Positions 47,619 to 57,590 are shown, numbered from the stretch's first letter. The stretch: DNA of 64,000 nucleotides from Christensenella sp. UBA1242 (GCA_002308915.1 DBWI01000014.1:5340-69339), one strand, 5' to 3'. Numbers and translations: made by a program. Notes: generated from the letters alone by a model not told the origin.

Positions 47619-48950
47619 TTATTTACCAAGACAAAATTTGCTAAATATATCGTTTATAATTTCTTCTGTGGCACTTTCACCGGTGATTTTTCCAAGTTCT
47701 TGCCATACTCTTTTTGTTTGCATATCGACAATGTCAGCACTAAAGTTTGTGCTTTGGATTGCTTCATCAATTAAAGATATTGCATTTTCTATTGCAATTT
47801 TGTGTCTTTGGTTTGTTATATAAAGTTGAGAAAAATCAATTTTGTCAACTCTAGTTTTTTCAAGAATTGAGTCAAGAATTTTGTCAATATTTTGGTTGTT
47901 TAATGCACTAACCAAAATTGCATTGTCTAATTTTGTAACAATTTGCTTGTCTGTTTTGTTAAGGATATAGAGTGTGTTTTTGTCTTTGATAAGGCTAAGT
48001 AATTCTTCATCTTCTTTGTCAAGTTTTTCGCTTGCATCAAAAATTGCAAGAATAATATCGGAATTGTTAAGCATTTGTTTGCTTTTTTCTACACCAATTT
48101 TTTCAACAATATCATCACTATTTCTGATTCCTGCTGTGTCAACAAAATTAATTTTTAATCCTTTGTACGAAATTGTTTCTTTTAGAACATCTCGAGTTGT
48201 TCCTTTGATTTCTGTTACAATGGCTCTATCTTCACCAATTAACCTATTGAGAAGACTGCTTTTCCCCACATTAGGTTTTCCAACAATTGCAACTGTTATT
48301 CCAAATTTTATTTTTTGACCAGTTGTGTAACTGTCTTTTAACTTTTCTAATTCTTGTTTGCTGTTTTGCAAAGTTTGTTTAACTTGGTTAATAGACATTT
48401 CTTCATCATCATGTTCGGGGTAGTCAAGAGAAACTTCCAAGTTGACAAGACAGTCCTTTAGATTGTCTTGAATTGTTTTTATTGTTTTGAAAAGCATGCC
48501 ATCTGTTAAGTTACTTGAAGCCTTGAGTTCTGCATCACTTGTGGCATTTATCATATCAATTGTTGCTTCTGCTTCATCGAGTGACATTTTGCCATTCATG
48601 AATGCACGCTTGGAAAATTCACCATTTTGTGCAAGTTCACAACCATTTTCTACTAATTTTTGCAAAATTTTTGTTGCAAGGTATTCTCCACCATGGATTT
48701 GAAATTCTACAACATCTTCACCAGTGAATGAGTATGGAGCTTTGAAGTAAACCATCATACACTTTTCAAAAGCGTTGTCACCAAGGTTGAACTTGCCAAG
48801 ATACATCTTTCTTGGTTCAATGTTATCTTTGGTTAAATTTTTTGCACAAAAAAGATTAAAGGCAATTTGCATTGCCTTGTCTCCACTTGTTTTTACTATT
48901 GAGATTCCGCCACTACCTAGAGGCGTAGATATCTGCGCTATTGTCTTCAT
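47619..48950 (-). CDS. mnmE: tRNA modification GTPase
   Basis: G1 GKPNVGKSSLLN, G3 DTAGIR, N-terminal THF-binding fold and C-terminal FCLGK (CxGK) motif. RBS GGAG. Confidence 0.95.
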   Translation of the reverse strand: MKTIAQISTPLGSGGISIVKTSGDKAMQIAFNLFCAKNLTKDNIEPRKMYLGKFNLGDNAFEKCMMVYFKAPYSFTGEDVVEFQIHGGEYLATKILQKLVENGCELAQNGEFSKRAFMNGKMSLDEAEATIDMINATSDAELKASSNLTDGMLFKTIKTIQDNLKDCLVNLEVSLDYPEHDDEEMSINQVKQTLQNSKQELEKLKDSYTTGQKIKFGITVAIVGKPNVGKSSLLNRLIGEDRAIVTEIKGTTRDVLKETISYKGLKINFVDTAGIRNSDDIVEKIGVEKSKQMLNNSDIILAIFDASEKLDKEDEELLSLIKDKNTLYILNKTDKQIVTKLDNAILVSALNNQNIDKILDSILEKTRVDKIDFSQLYITNQRHKIAIENAISLIDEAIQSTNFSADIVDMQTKRVWQELGKITGESATEEIINDIFSKFCLGK

Positions 48951-49896
48951 GTTTCTCCGTTGTTTGAGTGTATTTTGTTATTGCTTGATTGTATGCTTGT
49001 TTTGCAAGTCCATTTAATGTTATTAAATATTCTTTATAACTAGGTGTTATATAATATCCAAGATGTTCTATTTCTCTTATTGAATTTTTAATGTCAAAAT
49101 GTTTTAGTGTTTGTTTTAGGTATTCCATATATGTTGGTTTTGTTTGAGCCAACAAAACTATTTGTTCAACATCCTTTTTATATATTTTTTGATAGTCAAC
49201 CAAAATGCATTCATCATTGCAAAAGAAGTGCATATTTTGACCATGGTCAAACAAAAATCCTGATGTACCTAATAACTCTTTTTGTTCTAATGCAATACAC
49301 ATTGTACTTCCGCCAAAAGCTAATTCATTGTCAACTACTGGTGCAAGTTCATAAGTTTTATTTTGTCTGTCGTATAAAAAATTTAGGTTGTTGTGACGAT
49401 CTTCTTGAAATGTTAATGAGTCAAGTACCATAAGTTTGAATAGGTCAAAAGCTAGTTTGTCGATATCGGTATTGCTTTTGATTAAATTAAAATGGTCAAT
49501 TAGTCCTTGATAAGTAATATCATAAACAATTTTTCCATACATTTCTTGAATTGATACTAACTGTTTGTTTTTTGTTACAAAATTGTAACTTACTAGTCCA
49601 ACTTGTTTTTCATTGTGAGCAGCTTCGTATTCAGCCACTTTAACTCCATGTCTTTTTGCTAAGTTGCAATAAAGTAATTCATTTAATACTCTAATTTTTG
49701 ACATGTTTCCATCGTATGTTTTAAATAAGGCTTCTCCCTTTGGGGTTATGAACCAAACTTTTCCAAATGGGACAGAAGAAATACCAGTTTCACCAGTTCT
49801 TATTTTTGTGATAAAATCTTGCAAATTTATACCCTTTGCAAGTTTGATGTTTTTGTATTTCTTTTTATTTTTTATTAGATAACTAAATTTTACCAT
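48913..49896 (-). CDS. HipA_C-like kinase-fold protein, paralog 5 of 5
   Basis: 327 aa. DSLTFQEDRHNNLN catalytic-loop-like motif and LAPVVDNELAFG. RBS GAGGAAA. The last 38 nt overlap the mnmE start. Confidence 0.8.
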   Translation of the reverse strand: MVKFSYLIKNKKKYKNIKLAKGINLQDFITKIRTGETGISSVPFGKVWFITPKGEALFKTYDGNMSKIRVLNELLYCNLAKRHGVKVAEYEAAHNEKQVGLVSYNFVTKNKQLVSIQEMYGKIVYDITYQGLIDHFNLIKSNTDIDKLAFDLFKLMVLDSLTFQEDRHNNLNFLYDRQNKTYELAPVVDNELAFGGSTMCIALEQKELLGTSGFLFDHGQNMHFFCNDECILVDYQKIYKKDVEQIVLLAQTKPTYMEYLKQTLKHFDIKNSIREIEHLGYYITPSYKEYLITLNGLAKQAYNQAITKYTQTTEKHEDNSADIYASR

Positions 49897-50891
49897 AGTA
49901 TTTCCTCAACATCGTAATCAAAACATTGTGGGTGAATTTGTTTTGTTTCTTTTATTGTACTAACAAAAATTTGTTTTGACAAGTCGGTTATATCTTTTAG
50001 ATATTTTTTATAGTCAGCAGAGATTTTGTAACCTAGTTGTTCAACATTATTTATTGCGCTTTCTATATTAATATTGTTTAGACATTTTATGACAAATTCC
50101 TCATATTCTTTTCTGCCATATGACATTTGCAATAAATGTTTGAGATTTTCTTTGTATCTTACATCTGTAGACAAATAAGTTGTTCTGTCGTAAACAGGGA
50201 ACATCATATATCCTGCATGAGTTTTTAAAAAGTCTTGTGTTCTCATTTGTTCAGAACCAAAATTGTGGAATTTGTTGATTGTTTTTACGCCAAATGCAAA
50301 TTCGTTGTCGATAATAGGGGAAAGTTTGATTGTGTTATCCTTGGTGAGCAGAAAATGAATATTTGAATTGTGTCTGTCTTCTTGGAATGTCAATTCGTCA
50401 AGAATCATCATTTTAAACAAATCAAAATATATTTCTTTTTCATTAAAATTGTAGTCAACACGATAAACACTTAAAGCACGATAAAATGTTTCAAAATTAT
50501 CAATAACAAGATCCTTTCCAAATAGTTCACTAAGCTCAATTAATTTTTCGCCATTTTTTGCAACATCTATGCTTATAAGCCCAACATCTTTGTTTATATT
50601 CGCAGGTTTGTATTCTGCAACCTTAACACCAACTTGTTTTGCTACTTCATTGTATAATAGTTCACTGATAATTCTTAAATCTTTTGAAACATTAAAATCA
50701 TAATGTTTATACGACTTAAAAAGACCCTTGCCATATTTTGTAACAAACCATGTGTCACCATAGCCAATTGTTGATATTCCTTCAGTATAGTTATAGCGTT
50801 TAATTTTTTTTAAGTGTTTTATATCAATACCTTTGGCGAGTTTAAGGGTTTTGTATTTTCCTTTGTTTTTTAATAAAATTTTATTTCTCAT
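49890..50891 (-). CDS. HipA_C-like kinase-fold protein, paralog 4 of 5
   Basis: 333 aa. DELTFQEDRHNSNIHF and LSPIIDNEFAFG. Overlaps paralog 5 by 7 nt and paralog 3 by 11 nt. Confidence 0.8.
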   Translation of the reverse strand: MRNKILLKNKGKYKTLKLAKGIDIKHLKKIKRYNYTEGISTIGYGDTWFVTKYGKGLFKSYKHYDFNVSKDLRIISELLYNEVAKQVGVKVAEYKPANINKDVGLISIDVAKNGEKLIELSELFGKDLVIDNFETFYRALSVYRVDYNFNEKEIYFDLFKMMILDELTFQEDRHNSNIHFLLTKDNTIKLSPIIDNEFAFGVKTINKFHNFGSEQMRTQDFLKTHAGYMMFPVYDRTTYLSTDVRYKENLKHLLQMSYGRKEYEEFVIKCLNNINIESAINNVEQLGYKISADYKKYLKDITDLSKQIFVSTIKETKQIHPQCFDYDVEEILW

Positions 50892-51882
50892 TTATAATGT
50901 TTTCAACCTTTTTGTTATTAGAAAGCTCTGCGATATTTTCTTGAAATATTTCTTTTGATAAATTTGCTAAGTCAATTAAATAATTTTTGTAATCATAAGT
51001 GAATTGGTATCCATAGTCTTGCAATTTTTCAATTGCAGAAACCATATCTAAATTATTTAGTGCTTGCAACAAAAATTGCTTACAATTTTCATTTTTTTGT
51101 GCCAAACTTATTAAACTTTTTACATTATATACATATCTTTGAGTTCTTGGAATTTTGTTACCTTCTTGATCTACAAAAAATATTATATTTTGTCCATGAC
51201 ATGAAATAAATTTATCTTTGTATACATACAATGAAGAACAATCAAAGCCATGGCAGTAGTCAGTCATTGTTTTGATACCAAAAGCAAATTCGTTGTCAAT
51301 AATAGGTGATAGTCTTATGCTGTTGTTTGTGTCATTTACTATAAAATGTATGTTGTTATTATGTCTGTCTTCTTGGAAGGTAAGGGCATCAAAAACCATC
51401 ATTTTGTATAAGTCCAAAACCATTTTTTGTTTATCGTAATTTATATTTTTTGAATCCAAACTTTGCAAAATACTTTTTATTGAATATTTTGGTTCATCGT
51501 TAAAAAATGAAATACAATTTTGTATTTTTTCATTTTCACCACAAACATTGTATGAAATTACACCTTTTTTGAAATCAACATGTGCAGGTTCATAAATTGC
51601 AGTATCAATCCCAATTTGTTTTGCTATTTCGTAGCACAATACTTCGTTTGCATTTCTTATGTATTTTAACTCAATAAAATTCGCATTTTGAGCATTATAT
51701 GACTTAAAAATTCCAAGCCCGTTTTTTGTGTTAAACCAAACATTTTTATATTCATCTTCAACTGATATTCCGGTGGAAGTGTTTTGTCTAAACTTTGTGT
51801 TTACAGCGCCAAGCCAAATGCCTTTTGCAACTTTGAGTACTTGGTAATAGCCATTTATTTTTATTATAGGATTATTTGTCAT
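50881..51882 (-). CDS. HipA_C-like kinase-fold protein, paralog 3 of 5
   Basis: Start moved to ATG 51882 (MTNNPIIKING) behind GGAGGA at 51896-51891. DALTFQEDRHNNNIHF and LSPIIDNEFAFG. Overlaps the paralog 2 stop by 11 nt. Confidence 0.8.
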   Translation of the reverse strand: MTNNPIIKINGYYQVLKVAKGIWLGAVNTKFRQNTSTGISVEDEYKNVWFNTKNGLGIFKSYNAQNANFIELKYIRNANEVLCYEIAKQIGIDTAIYEPAHVDFKKGVISYNVCGENEKIQNCISFFNDEPKYSIKSILQSLDSKNINYDKQKMVLDLYKMMVFDALTFQEDRHNNNIHFIVNDTNNSIRLSPIIDNEFAFGIKTMTDYCHGFDCSSLYVYKDKFISCHGQNIIFFVDQEGNKIPRTQRYVYNVKSLISLAQKNENCKQFLLQALNNLDMVSAIEKLQDYGYQFTYDYKNYLIDLANLSKEIFQENIAELSNNKKVENIINEK

Positions 51883-52873
51883 AGATTTTATCCTCCAATA
51901 CAATGGAGTCTTGGCATTCTTGGCGTATTTCAGAAATACATTCTTTGAATGTGTTTTTTGATATTTTAATCAAATTTTTGACATAATTTTTGTATTCTGG
52001 CGAGATTTCGTATCCCAATTTTTCAACATTTTGGAATGCTTCTTCAATATTTAATTTGTGCAAAGCAAGGAATAAAAAGTTTTGCATTCTTTTGCTTTTT
52101 GTTGCCAATCTTACTAATTCTTTTATGTTTGCCTTATATCTTTGTTCACATGGCAATTTGCTTACAACTGTGTTTACATGCAATCTTATTGCTTCGCCGT
52201 GAAGTTTCATAAATGTGTTGTAGTCAATGTATTTAAATTTGTTGGCTTCATCAGAATTTAATGTTAGGGCGGCAAAACACATTTCGTTATCAATTAGTGG
52301 GGCACAAGTAAGGTAACCATCTTTATGATTTACTAAAAATGTCATATTATGTTCATGTCTGTCTTCTTGAAATGTTAGGGAGTCAAGAATCATCATTTTG
52401 TATAGGTTCATTTTGATATTACTTTTGTCAACATAATATCCTTCGCCTTCTTTAAAAATATCAAGGGCTTTTATGTAATCAACAAAAACATTGAATCCAC
52501 CAAATTCATCGTAATCTAGTAGTCCGCAGCCATCCATAAGTTCTTCATTGGATTTTGCAATATCCATACTAAGAAGACCGTTGTATTTTTTATAGTGAGC
52601 TGGTTTATATTTTGCAACAGATATACCTAATTGTTTTGCAAGTTCATCATACAAAAGTTCATTGGCAATTCTTGTTCCATCCATATCTATGTTGTAGTTT
52701 TTAAAAATTCCTCTGCCTTTTGGAGTTATAAACCACCTTGAGCCAAATCTTGACGTGGAAATACCTTTGACACCTGTTCTTTTTTGAGTGTCAAATTCTT
52801 CCAAATTTAATCCCAATGCGGGTTTGAGAGGTACAAGTTTGTATTTCTCTTTGTTTTTGATTATGGCTTTCAT
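51872..52873 (-). CDS. HipA_C-like kinase-fold protein, paralog 2 of 5
   Basis: 333 aa. DSLTFQEDRHEHNMTF and CAPLIDNEMCFA. AAGGA RBS. Starts 8 nt after the paralog 1 stop. Confidence 0.8.
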   Translation of the reverse strand: MKAIIKNKEKYKLVPLKPALGLNLEEFDTQKRTGVKGISTSRFGSRWFITPKGRGIFKNYNIDMDGTRIANELLYDELAKQLGISVAKYKPAHYKKYNGLLSMDIAKSNEELMDGCGLLDYDEFGGFNVFVDYIKALDIFKEGEGYYVDKSNIKMNLYKMMILDSLTFQEDRHEHNMTFLVNHKDGYLTCAPLIDNEMCFAALTLNSDEANKFKYIDYNTFMKLHGEAIRLHVNTVVSKLPCEQRYKANIKELVRLATKSKRMQNFLFLALHKLNIEEAFQNVEKLGYEISPEYKNYVKNLIKISKNTFKECISEIRQECQDSIVLEDKIYDK

Positions 52874-52881
52874 TTTTTCCT

Positions 52882-53844
52882 TTATTTTTGAAAATCATCT
52901 TTTTTGCGTTGCTTGTCAATTTGTTTTTTGTAACATTTTTTTGCAAGTTTTTCTAATTCCAAAAGATACAATTCGTAATCAGATGGAATTACGTGTCCTT
53001 TTTGACGAACATTATCTATTGCTTGTCTGAAATTTACATTTGTAAGCATTTTTACTAATATTTCTTTCTTTTGTTCATCTTGTGCTGCAATTTTTACAAT
53101 GTTATTTATATTATCAATATAACCCCTTCTTGAAGATGTTAAAGATGTTATAGGTATTGTTTCTGCAACATAATCCAAGTTTATGCTGTGTGAATACAAG
53201 AAAGATTTTTCTGCAATACCTTTTTCGTCGTAAACAACATTTTCTTGAAAACCACCAAATGCAAATTCGTTGTCAAGTATTGGTGCTAATTTAATTGTGT
53301 TATTTTTTTCATTATACAAGAACAATATATTTGAGTCGTGTCTGTCTTCTTGGAATGTTAATGAATCAAAAACCAATAATTTGTATAGGTCATTTGATGT
53401 TTTTTCAACATCAATATTATATCCGTGTTCATTTTTGAGAGTGTTAAGTGTTTGTATGTATTCTTTGAATGTGTTTGAAGGGTAGCCACTATTTACAATT
53501 TCTACAAGTTGCTCACCATCAATAATAACATCATCTTCATGTTCTCTTATATCATAAGAAACTAAGCCAGTTTTGTTTTTATAGTTTGCAGTTTCATATT
53601 TTGCCATATTAAGACCAAGTTGTTTGCCAAGTTCAAAACAGATAAGTTCATTTGCCATTCTCATTTCTGTTGTGCTTGTACCAAAAAACTTTTTGTCATA
53701 ATCTTTAAAATACAATTTTCCTTGTGGAGTATAAAAAAACCTAAGCACAATATCTTCTTGGCTTTTAAATTTGTCTAAATATATTCCTTTGGCGAGTTTA
53801 ATTCTGTCAAATTTGTTTTTATTTTTAATAATTATATTACTCAC
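52882..53844 (-). CDS. HipA_C-like kinase-fold protein, paralog 1 of 5
   Basis: 320 aa. GTG start with no SD, located at the predicted TSS. DSLTFQEDRHDSNILF and LAPILDNEFAFGG. The N-terminus IIIKNKNKFDRIKLAKGI aligns with the other four. Confidence 0.75.
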   Translation of the reverse strand: MSNIIIKNKNKFDRIKLAKGIYLDKFKSQEDIVLRFFYTPQGKLYFKDYDKKFFGTSTTEMRMANELICFELGKQLGLNMAKYETANYKNKTGLVSYDIREHEDDVIIDGEQLVEIVNSGYPSNTFKEYIQTLNTLKNEHGYNIDVEKTSNDLYKLLVFDSLTFQEDRHDSNILFLYNEKNNTIKLAPILDNEFAFGGFQENVVYDEKGIAEKSFLYSHSINLDYVAETIPITSLTSSRRGYIDNINNIVKIAAQDEQKKEILVKMLTNVNFRQAIDNVRQKGHVIPSDYELYLLELEKLAKKCYKKQIDKQRKKDDFQK

Positions 53845-53850
53845 GATATT

Positions 53851-53910
53851 ATTATAACATAAATATGTGTTATGTCAAGTGTTGACAAATGAGACTATAT
53901 ATGCTAAAAT
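53851..53910. promoter_or_regulatory. back-to-back divergent promoters
   Basis: Minus strand: TTGACA (53879-53874), 17 nt, TGtTATAAT (-10 at 53856-51). Plus strand: TTGACA 53882-53887, 17 nt, TGcTAAAAT (-10 at 53905-53910). The two -35 boxes form TGTCAA GTG TTGACA. Confidence 0.55.
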
Positions 53911-53950
53911 CTACTTGTTAAAAATAAAATACAAAAGAAAAAAGGTTTAT

Positions 53951-54895
53951 ATGAAAGAAAATATACAGAAAAAAGTTTTTGCGATAATTTGCGTGGCTAT
54001 TTTCATAATTGCATTTAGTATTTCAGTAACTTATTATATAGAAAACAAAGATAATAATTTAAAATCAATTCCAACAGGTGTAGAAACAATAGAAGGGCAG
54101 ATTGAAGATGGTGATAACACTTCTTCGGACGATGAAGGTTCAACAGAAAGTGATCAACCTGCAACTCAAGTAAAAACCTACAATAATGGCTATGCTTGTA
54201 TCACTGATGCTTTCAAATTGGTTAGTTCAGAGCCTGGAATAAAATTAACTTCAACAATAACAGCAAATGCAGAAGTTCTTGGCGTTGTTTCAACACAAAG
54301 AGTAAAAAGCATTATGATTCATTCTCAAAATGGATTTTTGAAAGAAACATGGGCAGCTTGTAGTGTAAGTTTGGGACAAAACTTTTATAGATATATGTAT
54401 TCAAACGATAATTTGCAAAATATTGAATTGAGAAAAACCACATCTGCTACATTTGGCGGCGAACCCAATTGGAATTCAACAACAATCAACACAATAACAA
54501 ACAGAGATGGCATTTTGGCAAATTATGATCCAATTTGTTTTGACTACTTTGATTTTATTCCAAACAAGAAAAACTCAAAACTTGTTAGATTTGATAGAAC
54601 TTCAAACAAAAATTACTATATAATATCATTTGCATTTGATTTGAAGTGTGTGAATCCCGCATATACACAAAACACAATAAATGAAGGCGGATTGTCTTCA
54701 ATGAGTTATAAATCTGTTACAACAACATATTATGTTGAAAAGTCAACATTATACATAAGAAAATGTGAAAACGATTTAACATATAGTATGACAAAGGGTG
54801 TGACTGTTGATGTCACAATGCACCAAGATGTTTTTGTTAATAGTATTGGCAAAGCCATAAATGTTCAAAAACCATCATATTGTTATTTAGGATAG
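53951..54895 (+). CDS. membrane-anchored/secreted hypothetical protein
   Basis: Start at ATG 53951 (MKENIQKKVFAIICVAIFIIAFSISV, a TM anchor). An acidic linker is followed by ~250 aa of unknown fold. Confidence 0.6.
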   Translation: MKENIQKKVFAIICVAIFIIAFSISVTYYIENKDNNLKSIPTGVETIEGQIEDGDNTSSDDEGSTESDQPATQVKTYNNGYACITDAFKLVSSEPGIKLTSTITANAEVLGVVSTQRVKSIMIHSQNGFLKETWAACSVSLGQNFYRYMYSNDNLQNIELRKTTSATFGGEPNWNSTTINTITNRDGILANYDPICFDYFDFIPNKKNSKLVRFDRTSNKNYYIISFAFDLKCVNPAYTQNTINEGGLSSMSYKSVTTTYYVEKSTLYIRKCENDLTYSMTKGVTVDVTMHQDVFVNSIGKAINVQKPSYCYLG

Positions 54896-54906
54896 GAGAG
54901 AAAAAA

Positions 54907-55389
54907 ATGATAGATTACGAAAAAGTTGCATTAAAAATTTTACATCATGCAAAAGAAGGTGAGTACGATTCTGAACTTGCAAAAAGCGACTACTTTAATT
55001 GGAAAAAAGGATTTTTCAAAAAAAGAGAAGTTATTTTGGAAAATTATGCAAAACAAGTTTGCTATAGACACGAATTTAGAAAAATAGCAAAGATGCTCAA
55101 TGAATATGTAGATAACCTTTTGGGAAACAAAGTTGGTTGCAAATTAACTCAAGCACAAGTGATTATTGGAATTAGCAACAAAATTGAAAGTATCTGCAAC
55201 AACCATAAAGACGATGAAACAATGAATGATATTATGGAAGAACTCTTGTTTAACATTTATCCTTTTATTGATACAGAAAATAATAAAGTTACAGAACTTC
55301 ATGAGTTTAAGGAACAAGAGTTTACACTAATTAAAAAATACATTGCATGTCTAAATCAATTAGAACAAAAAGAAGACAAAGAATTATAA
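54907..55389 (+). CDS. hypothetical protein (160 aa)
   Basis: GGAGAG RBS then ATG 54907 (MIDYEKVALKIL). Helical and cytoplasmic-looking. Confidence 0.55.
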   Translation: MIDYEKVALKILHHAKEGEYDSELAKSDYFNWKKGFFKKREVILENYAKQVCYRHEFRKIAKMLNEYVDNLLGNKVGCKLTQAQVIIGISNKIESICNNHKDDETMNDIMEELLFNIYPFIDTENNKVTELHEFKEQEFTLIKKYIACLNQLEQKEDKEL

Positions 55390-55400
55390 TTTATGAATTA

Positions 55401-55431
55401 AAAAACCTGGCAATTTTTGTCAGGTTTTTTT
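55401..55431. terminator. bidirectional terminator
   Basis: ACCTGGCA ATTTT TGTCAGGT (one G:U pair) with A5 before and T7 after. Confidence 0.75.
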
Positions 55432-55475
55432 GTTGTAATTTTATATATTAACATAATATGTTAAAAATTATTGTT

Positions 55476-56834
55476 TTATACTAAATCATAAAAAGCACGA
55501 TAGCACAAATAACTTTCATAAATGTCAACTTTGCTTGTTACTTCCCAAGGTGCATGCATTGATAGAACTGGTACTCCAGCATCAATTACTTCCATGCCAT
55601 AGTTTGCCATAATATAGGCAATTGTACCGCCGCCGCCAGCATCAACTTTTCCCATTTCTGTTGCTTGGAAATATATTTCTTTTTTATCAAGTTCGGCACG
55701 AAGTTTTGCAATAAATTCTGGGTTGGCATCATTAGCATCATATTTTCCACGACTTCCAGTGTATTTGTTAAACGAAATACCTCTTCCAAGATGTGCTTCT
55801 GTGTTTTCGTTCATTGGTGTTGGATAATTTGGATCATAACCAGCAGTGACATCACTTGAAAGCATTTTTGATTTATTTAATGCTCTGCGCATATTAAGTT
55901 CGCTATAGTTGCCGCAAAGATTCATTATTTCTGCAATTACATTTTCAAAGAATTTGCTTTGCATTCCTGTTGCTCCAACACTTCCAATTTCTTCTTTGTC
56001 AACAAGTAAACACACTGCTGTTTTTTCTGGGTTTTTGACTTCCATAAAAGCCATAAGTGAAGAATAAGCACAAACTTTGTCATCTTGACCATAACCAAGT
56101 ACCATGCTTTTATCTAAGCCAAAATCTCTTGCTTTTCCACTTGGCACAACTTCTAGTTCTGCAGAGAACAAATCTTCTTCATCAATATTATTTGCGTTAA
56201 GGATTTTGATTATATTGTTCTTGTACTTATCTTTTTCAACACTTGTGTCTGGTTTTGAACCAACGAGTAAGTTAAGGTCTTCGCCTTTAACTTTTGGATT
56301 TTGTCTGTTTGGATCAAGGTGAGGGAGAATGTCTGTTATGCCAACACAAGCACCATCTCCTTCTCCAAAAACAAAGTTAATAACTTTGCCATCTTTTTTT
56401 GCAACTGTTCCATGAATTGCAAGTGGGATAGCAGTCCATTGATAAGTTTTTATTCCACCATAATAGTGTGTGTCAACAAGACACAATTCATTGTTTTCGT
56501 AAATTGGTGTTGCCTTGATGTCTAGTCTTGGGCTATCAAGGTGAGAGCCGACAAAATTTATTCCTTCTGCCATATCTTTTTTGCCAACAACTGCCAAAAG
56601 AATAGACTTGTTCATATTTATTGCAAAAACCTTGTCTCCAGCTTTGAGTTTTTTGTTTTGTTTAATTGCGTCACTTAGGTCAATAAAACCATTAGATTTT
56701 GCTAATTCTGCAGCGAAGAGAGTACATTCTCTTTCTGTTTTGTGGTTGGATAAAAAGTCTTTATATCCATCACAAAATTTTTCCATTGCTTTTGTTTTTT
56801 CTTCTGAGTATTTTTCCCAAACATTTTTATTCAT
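55476..56834 (-). CDS. M18-family aminopeptidase
   Basis: N-terminus MNKNVWEKYSEEKTKAMEKFCDGYKDFLSNHKTEREC and GSHLDSPRLDIK (the H-x-D-S-P metal site pattern of M18/M42-like peptidases). 452 aa. Confidence 0.75.
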   Translation of the reverse strand: MNKNVWEKYSEEKTKAMEKFCDGYKDFLSNHKTERECTLFAAELAKSNGFIDLSDAIKQNKKLKAGDKVFAINMNKSILLAVVGKKDMAEGINFVGSHLDSPRLDIKATPIYENNELCLVDTHYYGGIKTYQWTAIPLAIHGTVAKKDGKVINFVFGEGDGACVGITDILPHLDPNRQNPKVKGEDLNLLVGSKPDTSVEKDKYKNNIIKILNANNIDEEDLFSAELEVVPSGKARDFGLDKSMVLGYGQDDKVCAYSSLMAFMEVKNPEKTAVCLLVDKEEIGSVGATGMQSKFFENVIAEIMNLCGNYSELNMRRALNKSKMLSSDVTAGYDPNYPTPMNENTEAHLGRGISFNKYTGSRGKYDANDANPEFIAKLRAELDKKEIYFQATEMGKVDAGGGGTIAYIMANYGMEVIDAGVPVLSMHAPWEVTSKVDIYESYLCYRAFYDLV

Positions 56835-56846
56835 AATTTTTCTCCT

Positions 56847-57590
56847 TTATTTTCTGTCCCTTGAATTTAGTATAAAGAACAAAACAAATCTTAATAATTG
56901 TAAAATTGATACAACAATTGCTGCAACATAAGTCATTGCTGCTGCAGATAAAACTTTTTTTGCGCCTTTAACTTCCAATTCATCTAGACTTCCAGTTTCT
57001 ACTAACATTTTTAAGCCACGTTTTGATGCATTTAATTCAACAGGTAAGGTAACTAATGAAAATAGCAAAGTAACACCAAAGAATGCTACGCCAGCCCATA
57101 AGAATGCCTTACCAATAACACCACCAATATATGCAAAATCAAGAATAATTCCAATCAAAATTAGTGGCCAAACAAATGCGTTCATAATACTGCTTGTTTT
57201 TGCTAAAACTGTTCTAACTTTTAATGGGGCATATCCTTCACTGTGTTGAATTACGTGTCCAATTTCATGTGCAGCAACTGCAAGAGAGGCAACACTATCT
57301 TCGCCGTAAACTCTTTTTGATAGTGTTACAACTCCACTCTGTGGGTCATAGTTATCAATCAAGTCATCACTATCACCCTGTCTTACAACAGCATCAAGAA
57401 TATTATTTTTTTCAAGAATTTTGTTCGCAACTTCAGCACCAGTATATCCTTTTGCAGATTTAACTTGGTAGTATTTTGCGAATGTTAAATTTACTTTTAA
57501 ACTCATTACTGATGCAAAAATAATTCCTGGCAAAAGTATTAAACCAAGAAGTGTGTATTCAATATATTCAGGTGAGAACAAAATCCACAT
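56847..57590 (-). CDS. YugP-like membrane zinc metallopeptidase (Zn_peptidase_2 type)
   Basis: SLAVAAHEIGHVIQH (HExxH), LPVELNASKR and AAAMTYVAA. Collinear with B. subtilis YugP as recalled from memory. Confidence 0.8.
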   Translation of the reverse strand: MWILFSPEYIEYTLLGLILLPGIIFASVMSLKVNLTFAKYYQVKSAKGYTGAEVANKILEKNNILDAVVRQGDSDDLIDNYDPQSGVVTLSKRVYGEDSVASLAVAAHEIGHVIQHSEGYAPLKVRTVLAKTSSIMNAFVWPLILIGIILDFAYIGGVIGKAFLWAGVAFFGVTLLFSLVTLPVELNASKRGLKMLVETGSLDELEVKGAKKVLSAAAMTYVAAIVVSILQLLRFVLFFILNSRDRK

